Counted from the stretch's first letter, positions 28,501 to 45,793 are shown. The stretch: 64,000 nucleotides of DNA from the human T2T-CHM13v2.0 reference genome, Homo sapiens (GCF_009914755.1 NC_060925.1), one strand, 5' to 3'. Notes: a model not told the origin generated them from the sequence alone. Made by a program: numbers and translations.

Positions 28501-31500
28501 AGCTCCCATTTATAAACCAATTACTACTAGACCTAAGAAATGAGATAGACATGAACACAATAATAGTGGAAGACTTCAATACTCCACTGAGATTACTAGA
28601 CAGGTCATCAAGACAGAAAGTCAACAAAGAAACAATGGACGTAAACTATACCCTAGAACAAATGGACTTAACAGATATTTACAGAACATTCTACCCAATA
28701 ACTGCAGAATATACATTCTATTAATCAGCATATGGAACATTATCCAAGATAGACCATATGATAGGGCACAAAACAAGTCTCAGTAAATTTAAGAAAATCA
28801 AAATTATATCAAGTACTTTCTCAGACCACAGTAGAATAAAATTGTAAATTAACTCCAAAAGGAACCCTCAAAAACCATGAAAATACATGGAAATTAAATA
28901 ATCTGCTCCTGAATGATCATTGGGTCAACAATGAAATCAAGATGGAAATGAAGTCTGAAAGAGCACAAATAGATAATCTAAGGTCACATCTCACAGAACT
29001 AGAGAAACAAGAACAATCCAAACCAAACCCAGCAGAAGAAAAGAAATAACCAAGATCAGAACAGAACTAAATGAAATTGAAACAAAAAAAAACAGATAAG
29101 TGAAACAAAAAGCAGATTCTTTGAAAATATAAATGAAATTGATTATTAGTGAGATTAACCAAGAAAAGAAGAGAGAAGATCCAAATAAGCTCAATTAGAA
29201 ATGAAACAGGAGATATTACAACTGATACCACAGAAATACAAAAAATCATTCAAGACTACTATGAACACTTTTATGTGTACAAATTAGAAAACCTGGAGGA
29301 GATGGATAAATTCCTAGAAATATACAACCCTCCTAGATTAAACCAGAAAGATACAGAAACTCTGAACAGACAAGTAACAAGCAGAAAGATTGAAATGGTA
29401 ATTTTAAAATTGCCAACAAAAATAAAGTCCAGGACAAAACAGATTCACAGCTGAATTGTATCAGACATTCAAAGAAGAATTGGTACCAATCCTATTAACA
29501 CTTTTCCAAAAGACAGAGAAAGAGGTAACCCTCCCTAAATAATTCTATAAAGCCAGTATCACCCTAATACCAAAACCAGGAAAGGACATAACAAAGAAAA
29601 CTACAGAACGACATCCCTGATGAACACAGATGCCAAAATCCTCAATAAAATACTAGCTAACTGATTTCAACAACATATCAAAAAGATAATCCACCATGAT
29701 CAAGTGGGTTTCACACCAGGGATGCAGGGATGGTTTAACATATGCAAGTCAATAAAGGTGAAACACTGCATAAACAGAATTAAAAACAAAAATCACATGA
29801 TTATCTCGATAGATGCAGAAAAAGCAGTTGACAAAATCCAGCATCGCTTTATGTTTAAAACCCTCAGCAAAATCGCCATGGAAGGGACACCCCTTAGGTA
29901 ATAAAAGCCATCTAAACAAACCCACAGATAACATTATACTGAATGGGAAAAAGTTGAAAGCATTCTGCCTGAGAACTGGAACAAGACAAGGATGCCCACT
30001 TTCACCACTTCTATTCAACATAGTACTGGAAGTCCTAGCCAGGCCAATCTGACAAGAGAAAGAAAGAAAGGACGTCCAAATCAGTAAAGAGGAAGTCAAA
30101 CTGTCTGGGTATATGATACGATCATATACCCAGAAAACCCTACAGACTCATCCAAAAAGCTCCTAGAACTGATAAATGAATTCAGCAAAGCTTCAGGATA
30201 CAAAATTAATGTACACAAACAGTAGCTCTGCTATACACCAACAGCAAGCAGGCTGAAAATCCAATTAAGAATTCAACCCCTTTTACTACCACTGCAAAAA
30301 AAAAAAAAAATACTCAGAATTATACCTAACCAAGGAGGTGGAGGTAAAAATCTCTACAGGGAAAACTACAAAACACTGCTGAAAGAAATCATAGACAACA
30401 CAAATGAAATACATCCCGTGCTCATGGATGCATAGAATCAATACTGCAAAACTGACCATAGTGCCAAAAACTATCTACAAATTCAATGCAATTCATATCA
30501 AAATACCACCATCATTCTTCACAAAACTAGAAAAAACAATCCTAAAATTCACATGGAACCAAAAAGAGCCTACCTAGCCAAAGCAAGACTAAACAACAAC
30601 AACAAAAATCTGGAGGTATCTTAGTACCCAACCTCAAACTATATCATAAGGCCAAAACAGCATGGTACTGATATAAAAATAGGTATACAGACCAGTGGAA
30701 CAGAATAGGGAACCCAGAAATAAATCCATATACATATAGCCAACTAATCTTTGACAAAGCAAACAAAAACATAAAGTAGAGAGAGGACACCTATTCAACA
30801 AATAGTGCTGGGATAATTCGCAAGCCACATGTAGAAGAATGAAACTGGATCCTCATCTCTCACCCTATACAAAAACCAACTAAGATGGATCAAATACTTA
30901 AATCTAAGACCTAAAACCATAAAAATTCTAGAAGATAACATCAGAAAAACCCTTCTAGACATTGGCTTAGACAAAGACCTCATGACCAAGGATCCAAAAG
31001 CAAATGCAACAAAAACAAAGATAAAAATAGAAGGACTTAATGAAACTAAAAATCTTTGGCACAGCAAAAGAAATAATCAGCAGACTAAACAGACAACCCA
31101 CAAAGTGAGAGAAAATATTTGTAATCTATACAGCTGGCAAAGGACTAATATCCAGAATCTACAAGGAACTAAAACAAATCAGCAAGAAAACAAACAACCC
31201 CATCAAAAAGTGGGCTAAGGACATGAACAGACAATTATCAAAAGAAGATATACATACCACCAATGAACATATGGAAAAATGTTCAGTGTCACTAATGAGC
31301 AAGGTAATGCAAATCGAAACCACAATGTGATACCACCTTACTCCTACAAGAATGGCCATAATCTAAAAATCAAAAAATAATAAGATGTTGGCGTGGATGT
31401 GGTGAAAAGGGAACACTTTTACACTGCTGGTGGGAATGTAAACTAGTACAACCACTGTGGAAAACAGTGTGGAGAGTCCTTAAAGAACTAAAAGTAAATC

Positions 31501-32012
31501 TACTATTTGATCCAGCAATCCCACTAGTGGGTATCTACTCAAAGGAAAAGAAGACATTATACAAAAAAGACACTTGTACAGGCACGTTTATAGCAACACA
31601 ATTCACAATTGTTAAAATACGGAACCAGCCCAAATGTCCATCACTCAAGTACATAAAGAAAATATGGTATATATACACCATGGAATACTACTCAGCCATA
31701 AAAAGGAACTAAATAATGGCATTCACAGCAACCTGGACAAAATTATTCTAAGTGAAGTAACTCAGGAATGGAAAACCAAACATCGTGTGTTCTCATTCAT
31801 AAGTAGGAACTAAGATATGAGGACACAAAGGCATAAGAATAATACAATGGACTTTCGGGACTCAGGGGGAAGGGTGGGAGGAGGGTAAGGGATAAAAAAC
31901 TACACATTGGGTACAGAGTATGCTGCTTGGGTGATGGGTGCACCAAAGTCTCAGAGACCACGACTAAAAAAAATAAAAATAAAAAATTATTTAAAAAATT
32001 AAAAATTAAAAA
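25590..32012 (+). mobile_element. Near full-length, dead L1PB
   Basis: L1PB-type 5'UTR (gggaggcaggactag...), ORF1 remnants, EN domain (HISILTLNINGLNAPLKR..CCLQET), RT remnants ([34 protein letters not shown]) and an L1PB 3'UTR. Many stops and frameshifts, and an internal deletion near 28950. Confidence 0.92.
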
Positions 32013-32376
32013 CATTTTAAAACTAGATATTTGATATTAAGGAATTATTATTGGTTATGATTTTATACACATGAAGTGATTATATATATGTCTGTATATG
32101 TGGTATGACCACATGTGTATATATATATATATGCACACTAAGTGTAAAATATTTATATATATAAAATATTTCAATATATCTCTCTAAAAGACATACTTTA
32201 TGTATAACAAAAAAGGCAAATACACGTGATATATTTAGGAGTAAGTAGACTAAGTAAACCCAAATTAAGAGATAAAGCCTGATAGTAGAAGAGTGACTTT
32301 ATGAAAGTAGAAGGAAAAAAAACACAATCTTACCTTACATCTCTGGTGAATTTTTTCAACTTAGGAAAAAAATAAT

Positions 32377-32455
32377 TTGTGTGTGTGTGTGTGTGTGTGT
32401 CTGTATATGTGTGTGTGTCCGTATATGTGTGTGTCTATATATACATATATATGTA

Positions 32456-32486
<31 letters not shown>

Positions 32487-32500
32487 GAATGTATATATAA
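32377..32500. repeat. (TG)n/(TA)n compound microsatellite
   Basis: Directly visible. Confidence 0.9.
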
Positions 32501-32519
32501 ACATTCACAGGGATAGTCT

Positions 32520-32883
32520 AAAACGGGTTGCAAATTTTAGGAGCTACGCAAGTAAAACAAAATCAGTGAAGCAGACTAAAAATAAGAAATTAAGGAGAAA
32601 ATAGGGAATGACGGGGACTGTCATACCAAACGGCCTTTGTCCCCTGCTAAAGGTGGCACCAGCTGCTCAGCTCCAGCCAACAGTGAATGTGCTGCAACAC
32701 AGGCCCAGTTTTACCAAATCACATGGATTTTCCAAAGTCAGAAATTCATATTTTTACATGAAATCTTCCTATTTTGAAATAATTGACAATCAATCTAATC
32801 TAATTCTTTATTATCTTCATGAGCCCAACAAAATATATCTGATAGCTTGATCCATCCTACGTGCTGCCAGTTTGCAACCACTG
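32520..32883 (-). mobile_element. MER102-like hAT-Charlie element
   Basis: Ends ggttgcaaa ... tttgcaaccactg; internal gctgctcagctccagcca. Confidence 0.6.
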
Positions 32884-33299
32884 GTCTAAGAGAAACTTAA
32901 TATAGCATGGCATGGTGGAAATGAAAGGAGATGTATTTTAGCTTTTTCCTGATAACAAAAATTTATTTTGTTAATAGCCACTGAGATGAAAAAAGAAGGA
33001 CTTCACCAGATTCACTGCTACCTTCAGTGTACTTTTTGTACACTGTAAATAAGTTCTTGAAAGTAAGTTCTTTGTGGGCAGTTTATTTACTACTCTCTCT
33101 CATTCCTAGGCATGGCTCCATTAAACAAGACTCTGCTAAATTAATGTGAAAGAGTACTCATAAGCTTCAGTTTGAGTAGGTGAGTCAAATACACCAAAGG
33201 TAATCGGCTTTATCTTTAACTTATATAGCCAGTTTGGGAAAAGATACAATACCCCAGTGTTAGCTGAGAAATTGTACTGGTTTACTCCGATTTATTTGA

Positions 33300-33622
<323 letters not shown>

Positions 33623-36600
33623 CTAGTTCTTATACATGGCCATAGAGAACTTCAACAGAGGAATTAACTGTGGAGGACTGGTGTGTAAGAGACAGAAAAG
33701 ACTACCAGAGGCCTTTCACCTTAATGCTACTATCTTTTTTATTACTAGGATATGCATTACAGGATGCTAAGAGCCTCAAATTTCCTATGTTCCTACTCTC
33801 TGTATGGATGCCAAGTTTAAATTTTAAAATCTTATTATAATTCAAAAATCACAAAAAAGTAAAGTAAAAATAACAGAAGTTAAATTAACAAAATAAAAGT
33901 TAATAGAAGTTAATCAAAGTTAAAACAACAAAAAAGTAAAGTCCAAGGCCAAAGGAAGCTAACGTGGAGGAAAATGAGAGCTTCTACTCACCAAGTCCAA
34001 TGAGACATTCACCCACCCCATATTAACTCATGTCTGATATAAATTTGCTTATAATCTTATGAGGAAAAATACACAAAATTAAGAATCATATACAAAAATA
34101 ACTGGAATACAAGAATGTGATAAATATGACTCAAATAAAGCTATATAAAAGTTAACATGAAATAAGTATGTTTCATTATTAAATTCCCCATAACAAGTTT
34201 TGCGTTTTGAAAATGAGTAAATGAAACTTGCAAGGCAAAGAGACAGATAGTTTCGGAATTAAGAAATGTGGTTATTACCCAGTGCATTCAAAGATTGCTT
34301 TACTATTCTCATCAGAAGGAGTTTCCTTAGATTCAGAAAACAAATATTAATAGAAAGTGGATTTTAAGCCTTGACTTACTATTTTTAATACTGCAATATT
34401 CAAAAGACAAACTTGATTTTTAGGAATTTCATATACAGAAGTATTTTTAAAATTATATTTCCTAGACTATTTCTTCTTTTCAGCACTAAATATTCATAGT
34501 ACTTAAGGTAGCTGGCAATGATAAACAGCATATGAATTTTAGAACTGAAATCCCCAGGGACCAGAGAATTCTATTGGCCTGCCAGAGAGACAATAGCCAA
34601 GTAATAAAAAGAGAAAGAGAGAACAATAAAGGTCAGAAGGAAGGAAGAAAGGGGCCAAAGATCTAGGGCTTATTCAGTAGGCCAGTGTCTTTTATTTAAC
34701 TGGAGCAAGGAAAGGGTAGGTAAAGCTCATAGCAGAAAAATTCAGGAACACTACAGCGAAAAGTTTAAGGATTTTACCTAATTTCTACATTCTTTGAAAA
34801 AGAAAGTTCTTGGGTGGAGCCAGACAGCTAAATAGAAGCCTCCATCAATCATCCTTCCCACAGGAACACCAAATGAACAACTATCCACACAAAAAAGCAC
34901 CTTAATAAGAATCAAAAATCAAGTGAGTGGTCACTGTACCTGGTTTTAATTTCCTATCTGTCACTGAAAGAGGCACTCAAGAGAAGAGGAAAAATAGTCT
35001 TAAATTGCCTAAGCCACTGCTCCCCCATCCTCTGGCAGAAGCCACATGGCACAGAAAAAGAATCTTTGCGCACTTGAGGGAGAAAGAAATGCAGTGATTG
35101 TGGGACTTTTCATTGGAACTCAGTGCTACCCTGTCACAGCAGAAAGCAACACTGAGCAGAAATCAACCAGTGCCCCCAGAAGGAACATTTACACCAGCCT
35201 TAGCCAGAGGGTAATTACCCATCCCAGTGGTTAGAACCTGAGTTCCAGCAAGCCTCACCACCATGGACAAAAGGGCTCTGGTGTACTAAATAAACCTGAA
35301 AGGCAGTCTAGGCCACTAGGACTGTAATTCCTGGGCAAGTCCTGGTGCTATGTTGGGCTTGGAGACACTGTGAGAAACCAGCCAGGATAGCCAAGGGAAT
35401 GCTTGTGCATCCCTCCCCCAACCCCAGGCAGTGCAGCTTACAGCAACAAAAGTGACACCTTCCTTCCTCCAGAGGAGAGGAGAAGGAAGGCTCAAGAGGA
35501 ACTTTCTCTTGCAACTTGGATACCAGCTCAGCCACAGTAGGACAGGGCACCAGACAGAGTCCTGAGACCTCATTCCAGACCACAGCTCCCAAATGACATT
35601 TCTAGATGTACCCTGGGCAAGAAGGGAACCTGCAGCCCTGAAAGGAAGGGAAGAGTCTTAGCAGGATGCATCATTTGCTGATTAATGAGCCCTTGGACCC
35701 TGAATAATCAGCAACTGTATCCAGGCAGTGGGCCTTAGGTGAGAATCAGAATATGCTGGCTTCAGGTGTCACCCAGCACACTCCCAGCTGTGGTGGCTAC
35801 AGGGAGGGACTCCTTCTACTTGAGAAAAGGAGAGGGAAGAACAAGGGGGACTTGTCTTACACCTAAATACCAACTCAGCCACAGTGGGGTACAGTACCAA
35901 ATGGACTCTTGGAATATGCAATTCCAGGAATGTAGAGCACAAGCAGATTCCTAAGGTTTCCAGGACCTAGCTCGCTGATGGCATCTCCAGACCTGCCGGG
36001 GAATGGGAGGAACTCACAGCCCTGAAGGGAAGAACACAAGCCTTACTGACTTAGCCACCTGCTGATTGTAGAGCCTTAGGGACTTGAGCAAACATAGGCA
36101 GTAGCCAGGTAGTGGTTATCGCAGGCCTTTGGTGAGACCCAGGGATATGATGGCTTCAGGTCTGATCCAGCACAGTCCCAGTGCTGGTGGCCACAGGAGT
36201 TCTTCTGCCACCCCTCCCTCAGCTCCAGGCATCCCAATACAGAGAGAGAAACTCTGTTTGCAACAAAGTCAGGTAAGAGAGTAAGAGTTCTGCCTGGTAA
36301 TCCAGAAAATTCTTCCAGATTTTATCCAAAACAACCAAGATGGTACCTATTAGAGTCTGGAAGAGCCACAGCATTACTGGGTTTCAGGTGCCCCCAAATG
36401 CACATATAGTTGCAGTAGCCAAAATCTTAGATCACAATACCTAAGTCCCTTCAAATACCTGGAAAACCTTTCAAAGAAGGACAAGAATAAACAAGCTCAG
36501 ACTGCAAAGACTACAATAAATACCTAACTCTTCAATGCCCATACACCAACAAACATCTACAAGCATCAAGACAATTCAGGAAGACATGACCTCAAACAAT

Positions 36601-37007
36601 GAACTAAATAAGTCACCAGTGACCAATTCTGGAGTCACAGAGATATGTGACCTTTCAGAGAATTCAAAATAGCTGTTTTGAAGAAAGTCAGTAAAATTCA
36701 AAATAACACAGAGAAGGAATTCAGAATCCTATCAGATAAATTTAACAAACAGATTAAAATAATTAAAAAGTATCAAGCAGAAAATCTGTAGTTGAAAAAT
36801 GAAATTGATATACTGAAGAATGCATCAGAGTCTCTTAATAGCAGAATCAATCACACAGAAGAAAGAATTAGTGAGCTTAAAGGCAGGCTATTTGAAAACA
36901 CATAGTAAGAGGAGACAAAATAAAAAAGAATTAAACATGTCTACAAGATCTAGAATATAGCCTCAAAGGGCATATCCAAGAGTTATTAGCCTTAAAAAAG
37001 AGGCAGA

Positions 37008-37332
<325 letters not shown>

Positions 37333-38430
37333 TTATCAAAGGGATAATAAAAGAGGATTTCCCAAACTCAGAGAAAGATATCAATATTCAAGTACAAGAA
37401 GGTTATAGAAAACCAAGCAGATTTAATCCAAAGAAGATTGTCTCAAAGCATTTAATAATCAAACTCCCAAAGGTCAAGGATAAAGAAAGGTTCCTAAAAG
37501 CAGCAAGAGAAAAGAAACAAATAACATACAATGGAGCTCCAATACACCTGGCAGCAGACTTTTCAATGGAAACCTTACAGGCCAGGAGAGACAAGCATGA
37601 CATATTTAAAGTGTAGAAGGGAAAAAAAAAAACAAAAGAACAAAAAAACTTTACCCTAGAATAGAGTATCCAGCTAAAATATCCTTAAAACATGAAGGAG
37701 AAATACTTTCCCAGACAAACAAAAGCTGAGGGATTTCATCAACACTGGACTTGTCCTACAAAAAATGCCAAAGGGAGTTCTTCAGTTTAAAAGAAAAGGA
37801 CATGAATGAGCAGGAAGAAATCATTGGAACATACAAAACTCACTGGTAATAGTAACTACACAAAAGACATAGAATATTTTAACACTGTAATTGTGGTACA
37901 CAAACTACTCCTATCTTGAGTATAAAGACTAAATGATGAAGCAATCAGAAATAATAACCACAACAACTTTTCAAGACAAAGACAGTATAAGATATAAATA
38001 GAAACAAAAAAAATTTTAAAGGGGTGAGACTTAAAATGTAGAGTTTTTATTAGTTTTTCTCTTTGCTTGTTTGTTTATGCAATCAGTGTTAAGTTGTCAT
38101 TAGTTTAAAATAATGGGTTATAAGAATTTAATTGCAAGCCCCATGGTAACCTCAAATCAGAAACTATATGACGTACACAAAAAATAAAAAATCAGAAATT
38201 AAAATATACCTCACCACAGAAAATAATCTTCACAAAAAGGAAGACAAGGAAGGAAAGAAAGAAGACCACAAAACAATCAAAAAACAAGTAACAAAATGGC
38301 AGAAGTCCTTATCTATCAATAACAACATTGAATATAAATGGACTAAACTCTCCAATCAAAAGACATACAGTGGCTACATGGATAAGAAAACAAGACCTAA
38401 GAATCTGTTGTGTATAAGAAACACACTTCT

Positions 38431-38728
38431 GGCTAGGCACGGTGGCTCACATCCATAATCCTAGCACTTTGGGAGGTCGAGGAGGGAGGATTGGTTGAGC
38501 CCAGGAGTTCAAGACCAGCCTGGGCAACAAAGTGAGATTCTGTCCCTACAAAAACAAAACAAAATGAAAAGCTGGGTGTGGAAGCACATGCCTGTAATCC
38601 CAGATACTCAGGAGGCTGAGGCAAGATGATTGCTTGAACCCAGGATGTCAAGACTGAGTGAGACATGATCATGCCACTGCACTCCAGCCTAGGTGACAGA
38701 GTGAGACCCTGTCCAAATAAAAGGGAAA
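38431..38728 (+). mobile_element. AluJ
   Basis: AluJ diagnostics. TSD AAGAAACACACTTC. Confidence 0.88.
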
Positions 38729-40974
38729 AAGAAACACACTTCACCTATAAAGACACACATGAACTGAAAATAAACGGATGAAAAAAGATATTCCATGCAA
38801 ATAGAAACCCAAAAACAGCAGAAGTTGGTATATTTGTATCACACAAAAGAAATTCCAAGAAAAAAACAATGAAAAGAGACAAGGTCATGATCTAATGATA
38901 AAGGGGCCAATTCAGCAAGAGGATAAAACAATTAGAAATATATGTACCCCACACTGGGCACCCAGATATATAAAGAAAATATTATTAGAGTTGAAGAGAT
39001 AGATAGACCCCAATACAATAATAGCTACAGACTTCATTCAACACCCTGCTTTTAGCACTGGACAGACAATCCATACAGAACATCAACAGATGCAATCTGC
39101 ACTGTAGACCAAATGAACCTAACAGATATTTACAGAACATTTCAACCAATGGCTGCAGAATCCACATTTTTCTCCTTAGCATATGCCTCATTCTCAAGGA
39201 TAGACCATATATTAGGACACAAAACAAGTCTTTAAAATTTTTAAAAAATAAAATTATATCAAGTATCTTCTCTGAACACAGGGAATAAAACTAGAAGTCA
39301 AGAACAAGAGGAATTTTGGAATCTATAGAAACGTATGGAAATTAAACACTGCTCCTAAATGACCAGTGAGTCAATAAAGAAATTAAGAAAGAAATTGAAC
39401 ATTTTCTTAAAACAAATGATAACAAAAACATAACATACCAAAACCTGTGGGATATGGCACTAGCAGTACTAAGAGGAGAGTTTATTGCCGTAAGAAACTA
39501 CATCAAAAAAGTAGAAAAAGTTAACAACCTAATGATGCATCTTAAATAACTAGAAAATCAAGGGCAAGACAAACCCAAAATTAATAGAAAAAAATAATAA
39601 TAAAGATTAAAGAAGAAATATATGAAATTGAACTGAAGTAATATAAAAGATTAACAAAACAAAAAACTTGGCTTTTTGAAAAGACAAACAAAACTGACAA
39701 ACTTTAGCCAGACTCAGAAGAAAAGACAAGTCTCAAATAAATAAAATCAGAAATGAAAAAAGAAGACACTAAAATTGATGTGGCAGATATTCAAAGGATC
39801 ATTAGAGGCCATCATGACCAACCATATGCCAATCAAATGAAAAACCTAGCAGAAATGCATAAATTCCTAGACACATACAACCTACCAAGATTGAACCATA
39901 AAAAAATCCAAAACCAAAACAGACCAATAACAAGTAATGAGGTAGAAGCCATAATAAAAAGTCCCCAGCAAAGAAAAGCCCAAGACCTGATGGCCTCACT
40001 GCTGAATGTTATCAAACATTTAAAGAACTAACACCAATCCTACTATTTTGAAAAACAGAGGAGAAGGGAATACTTCTAAACTAATTCTATGAGGCCAGTA
40101 TTACCCTGATACCTAAACCACACAAAGACACATCTAGGGAAAAACAAACAAACAAACAAAAACACTACAGGCCAATATCCCTGATTAACAGAAATTGATG
40201 CAAAAATCCTCAACAAAATACTGGCAAACTAAATTTAACAACACATTAAAAAGTTCATTCATCATGACCAAGTGGAATTTATCCCAGCAATGCAAGGATG
40301 GTTCAACATATGTAAATCAATCAATATGATACATCATATCAACAGAATAAAGGACAAAAACCATATAATCGTTTCAATTGATGCCAAAAAGAATTTGATA
40401 AAATTCAACATCCTTTCATGATAAAAAAAAAAAACTCAAAAAACTGGATATAGAGGGAATATATCTCAACACAATAAAAAACCTAAAGACAGACCACAGG
40501 TAGTATCATGCTGAATAGGGAAAAACTGAAGGCCTGTCCTCTGAAATCTGGAACACAAGGATGCTCACTTTCACCACTGTTATTCAACATAGTAATGAAA
40601 GTCCTACCCAGAGCAATCAGACATGAAAAAAAAAAAAGGGCATCCAAATTGTAAAGGAAGAAGTCGAATTATTATTGTTTGTAGATGATCTTGTATTTGA
40701 AAAAAATCTAAAGATTCCATCAAAAATCTATTAGAACTGATAAACAAAGTTGCAGGGTACAAAATCCACATACAAATATCAGTAGCATTTCTATATGCCA
40801 AAAATGAACAATCTAAAAAAGAAATCAAAAAATTAATTCCATTTACAATAGTCACAAATGAAATTAAATACCAAAAAATTAACTTAACCAAAGAAGTGAA
40901 AGCTCTCTACAGTGAAAACTATAAAATATTGATCAAAGAAATTAAAGAGGACGTCAAAAAATAAAAAGATATTC

Positions 40975-41269
<295 letters not shown>

Positions 41270-41415
41270 TCAACATTCATGGATTGGAAGAATCAATATT
41301 GTTAAAATGTTCATACTATCCAAAGCAATCTACAGATTCATGCAATCTCTATCAAAATATCAATGAGATTCTTCACAGAAATAGAAAAAATAATCCCAAA
41401 ATTTGTAAGGAACCA

Positions 41416-41450
<35 letters not shown>

Positions 41451-42830
41451 CAGAGCCAAAGCTATCCTAAAGCAAAAAAACAAAACAAAACTGGAGGATC
41501 ACATTACCTGATTCAAATTATATGATAGAGCTATAGTAACCAAAATAGCATGGTACTGGCATAAAAACAGACACATAGACCAATGGGACAGAATAGAGAA
41601 CCCAGAAACAAATCCACACACATACAATGAAATCATTTTCAACAAAGGTGCCAAGAACATACACTGGGGAAAGGACAGTCTCTTCAGTAAATGGTGCTAG
41701 GAAAACTGAATATTTATATGCAGAAAAATAAAACTAGACCTCTATCTCTTGCCACATACAACAATCAAATCAAAATAGATTCAAGACTTAAATCTAAGAA
41801 ATCAAACTATAAAACTACTACAAGAAAACATTGGGGATATTCTCCAGGACATTGGACTGGGCAAAGATTCCTGGAGCAGTATCTCACAAGCTCAGCAACC
41901 AAAGCAAAAATGGACAAATGGGATCACATCAAGTTAAAAAGCATCTGCAAAGCAAAGGATACAATCAACAAATTTAAGAGACATCTCACAGAAAGGGAGA
42001 AAATATTTACAAACTACCCATAACACAGAGAAGGAATTCAGAATCCTATCAGATAAATTTAACAAAAAGATTTGTTAAATTTGTTAATTTGTTAAAGAGA
42101 TTAATAACAAGAATATATAAGGAGCTCAAACAACTCTATAGGAAAAAAGTCAGTAATCTGATCAAAAATGGGCAAAATATTTGAATAGATATTTTTTAAA
42201 AGAAGAAATCAAAATGGCAAACAGGCATACGAAAAGGTGTTTGACATCATTGATCATCAGAGAAGTGCAAATCAAAACTACAATGATATATCATCTCACC
42301 AAGTTAAAATGTCTTATGTCAAAGACAGGCAATAACAAATTCTGGAGAGGATATAGAGAAAAGGGAACCCTCGTATACTGCTGGTGGGAATGTAAATTAG
42401 TACAACCACTATTGAGAAGCGTTTGGAGGTTCCTCAAGAAACTAAAAATTGAGCTACCTATGATCCAGCAATCTCACTGCTGGGTATATAACCAAAAGAA
42501 AGGAAATCAGTATATTGAGGAAATATCTGCACTCCAATGTTTGTTGCAGGATTGTTTACAATAGCTAAGATTTGGAAACAACCAAAGTGTCCAACAACAG
42601 ATGAATGGATAAAGAAAATGTGGTACATACACACAATGGAGTCCTATTCAGCTAAAAAAGAATGAGATCCTGTCATTTGCAACAATGTGGATGGAACTGG
42701 AGATCATTATGCTAAGTGAAATAAACCAGGCACAGAAAGACATATGTCATCACATGTTCTCACTTATATGTGGGATCTAGAGATCAAAATAATTGAACTC
42801 ATGGACACAGAGAGTAGAAGAATGTTTACC

Positions 42831-43137
<307 letters not shown>

Positions 43138-45043
43138 AAGAATGTTTACCAGAGGCTGAGAAGGTTAGTGGGAGGCTGGGGATATGGATTGAAAAAAAAA
43201 TAGAATGAATAAGACCTACCACAAGACCTGCTATCGTGATAGCCCAATAGGGTGACTATAGTCAATAATAACTTAATTATACATTTTAAAATAATTTAGA
43301 GTGTAATTAGATTCTAACTCAAAGGATAAATGCTTGAGAGGATGGATAACCCATTCTCCTTGATGTGCTTGTTTCACATTGCATGCGTATATCAAAACAT
43401 CACATGTACCCTAATAAATATATACACCTACTACATATCCAGTTTTTTTAATTTTTAATAAATAAATAAGAAAAAATTTTAAATTAGCAATATAAGAACA
43501 TTTAGCTTGCTAGGACAGCAACAAAAATAATTTATCTATCCTCCTGATAATATTTAATCCTGTTTTTGAAAACCAGTTAAAACTCTTAAGCTTTCAAAAT
43601 ATGTATATGTTCAGAGAATACCTCAGTAGGATAAGGATGCTTTTGTCACCCTAAAAGCAAGAAGCTCATTCCCAGAGCTTTTTAAGTGTATAGTGTGTTT
43701 TCAAGGGTGAGTTGGCAACTTTTGATAGCCTAAATGTGAAACTGCATTAAAATTAGATATCTGAAGAAAATTATACTTTTTCAGGATCACATGTAAAATT
43801 TTCTGAGAACAACTTTTTTGCCAACTTGAAACCACGTTGATCGTAAGGATGTACAAATAATAAAAGGAAAAAAACATGCCCTGGTTTGTTTCCACCAAAA
43901 AGTAATGTGACCCTGGAATCATAATTTGTTTCAGTAGTTAGTTACAACACCCATTGTCTCAGAATATAACCACTTCCAATTTCCATTAAAAATATATACA
44001 GTACTTCAGTTGTCTATTAAGTTCCTTAATTGAAGAAACTCTATCGAATTAAAGATACACTGATCTAGTCAAAATGTAAAATCTTCCAGAAATAGAAAAG
44101 CTCTAATCAGTACAACACAACACGAAATTAGTCCCAAACTAGCAAATGTGAATTTAAAGGAAGAAATAGTCCTCTGTCTTAGGGCTTTATTAAATCAGGT
44201 TATAGGAATTAATAAAAAGAGTAAATAAGATCATGAGTCCTTCCTCAAAATATAGGGGAAAGTTTCTCTCGTGAAGCTGAGTCCTAGACCATGTGTAGTT
44301 TCTATTAAATTGAAGCAAAAGAATCAGTCTCATTAGAGAAAAGAATAAAAAATTACCCACCACTTTTATTAAATCATTTGGTTTTCATCCAGCTGTATAA
44401 TATGTGTGATGCAAATTAAAGACCCCACAATTTGATAAACCTAAACTGAGATAAAAGCTTTCTAGTCTTTTATAGGAAAGTTTAAAACATTTACAATTGT
44501 TAGTAAGCTGCAAAAAGTTTACTAGCATTTCCCATAATCACTGCTATTCTTGTGATGGTACATCATTGGTAATGACACTACTAAGATAAGAAGTTACAGT
44601 ATTACAGCTTAGGAACATATTTCCAATTTTTATTAAAATTATTAAGTTCTTCCTAATATGTTTATGACACAGGGTCTGATGTTCCATCCAAATACATTTA
44701 TAAAATTGTTTTCTTAAAGCACCTGGGGTAGTTACATGACTGGAGAAGATCTTTAAACATGTATAAAGCTGTATGTCTAATAGAATGAAAGGCACCAATT
44801 AATCCAATTACTTAGTGAAGACAGTTTCTCCTATACTATATGCACTACATACACCTCACAACCCTATTTGATAAAGGACTAGTATCTCCATTTAAACATG
44901 AAAACTGGGTTAGAGAAACACTATTACACATTAATTGGTAGAGTTGAATGTTTTAAATCTTATCTTTGTAATTTCAAAATCCATGCCCTATTTATTATGT
45001 CACACTGTCAACAGAGACAGATACATCCAAATGAGGTTTTAAA

Positions 45044-45409
<366 letters not shown>

Positions 45410-45485
45410 TCAACCCTTTTCACCAAAGTATTCCTACTTTCAAGATCAGTTTCCTAAATAGACCTCATAACTAATGAACAGAGGA

Positions 45486-45793
<308 letters not shown>

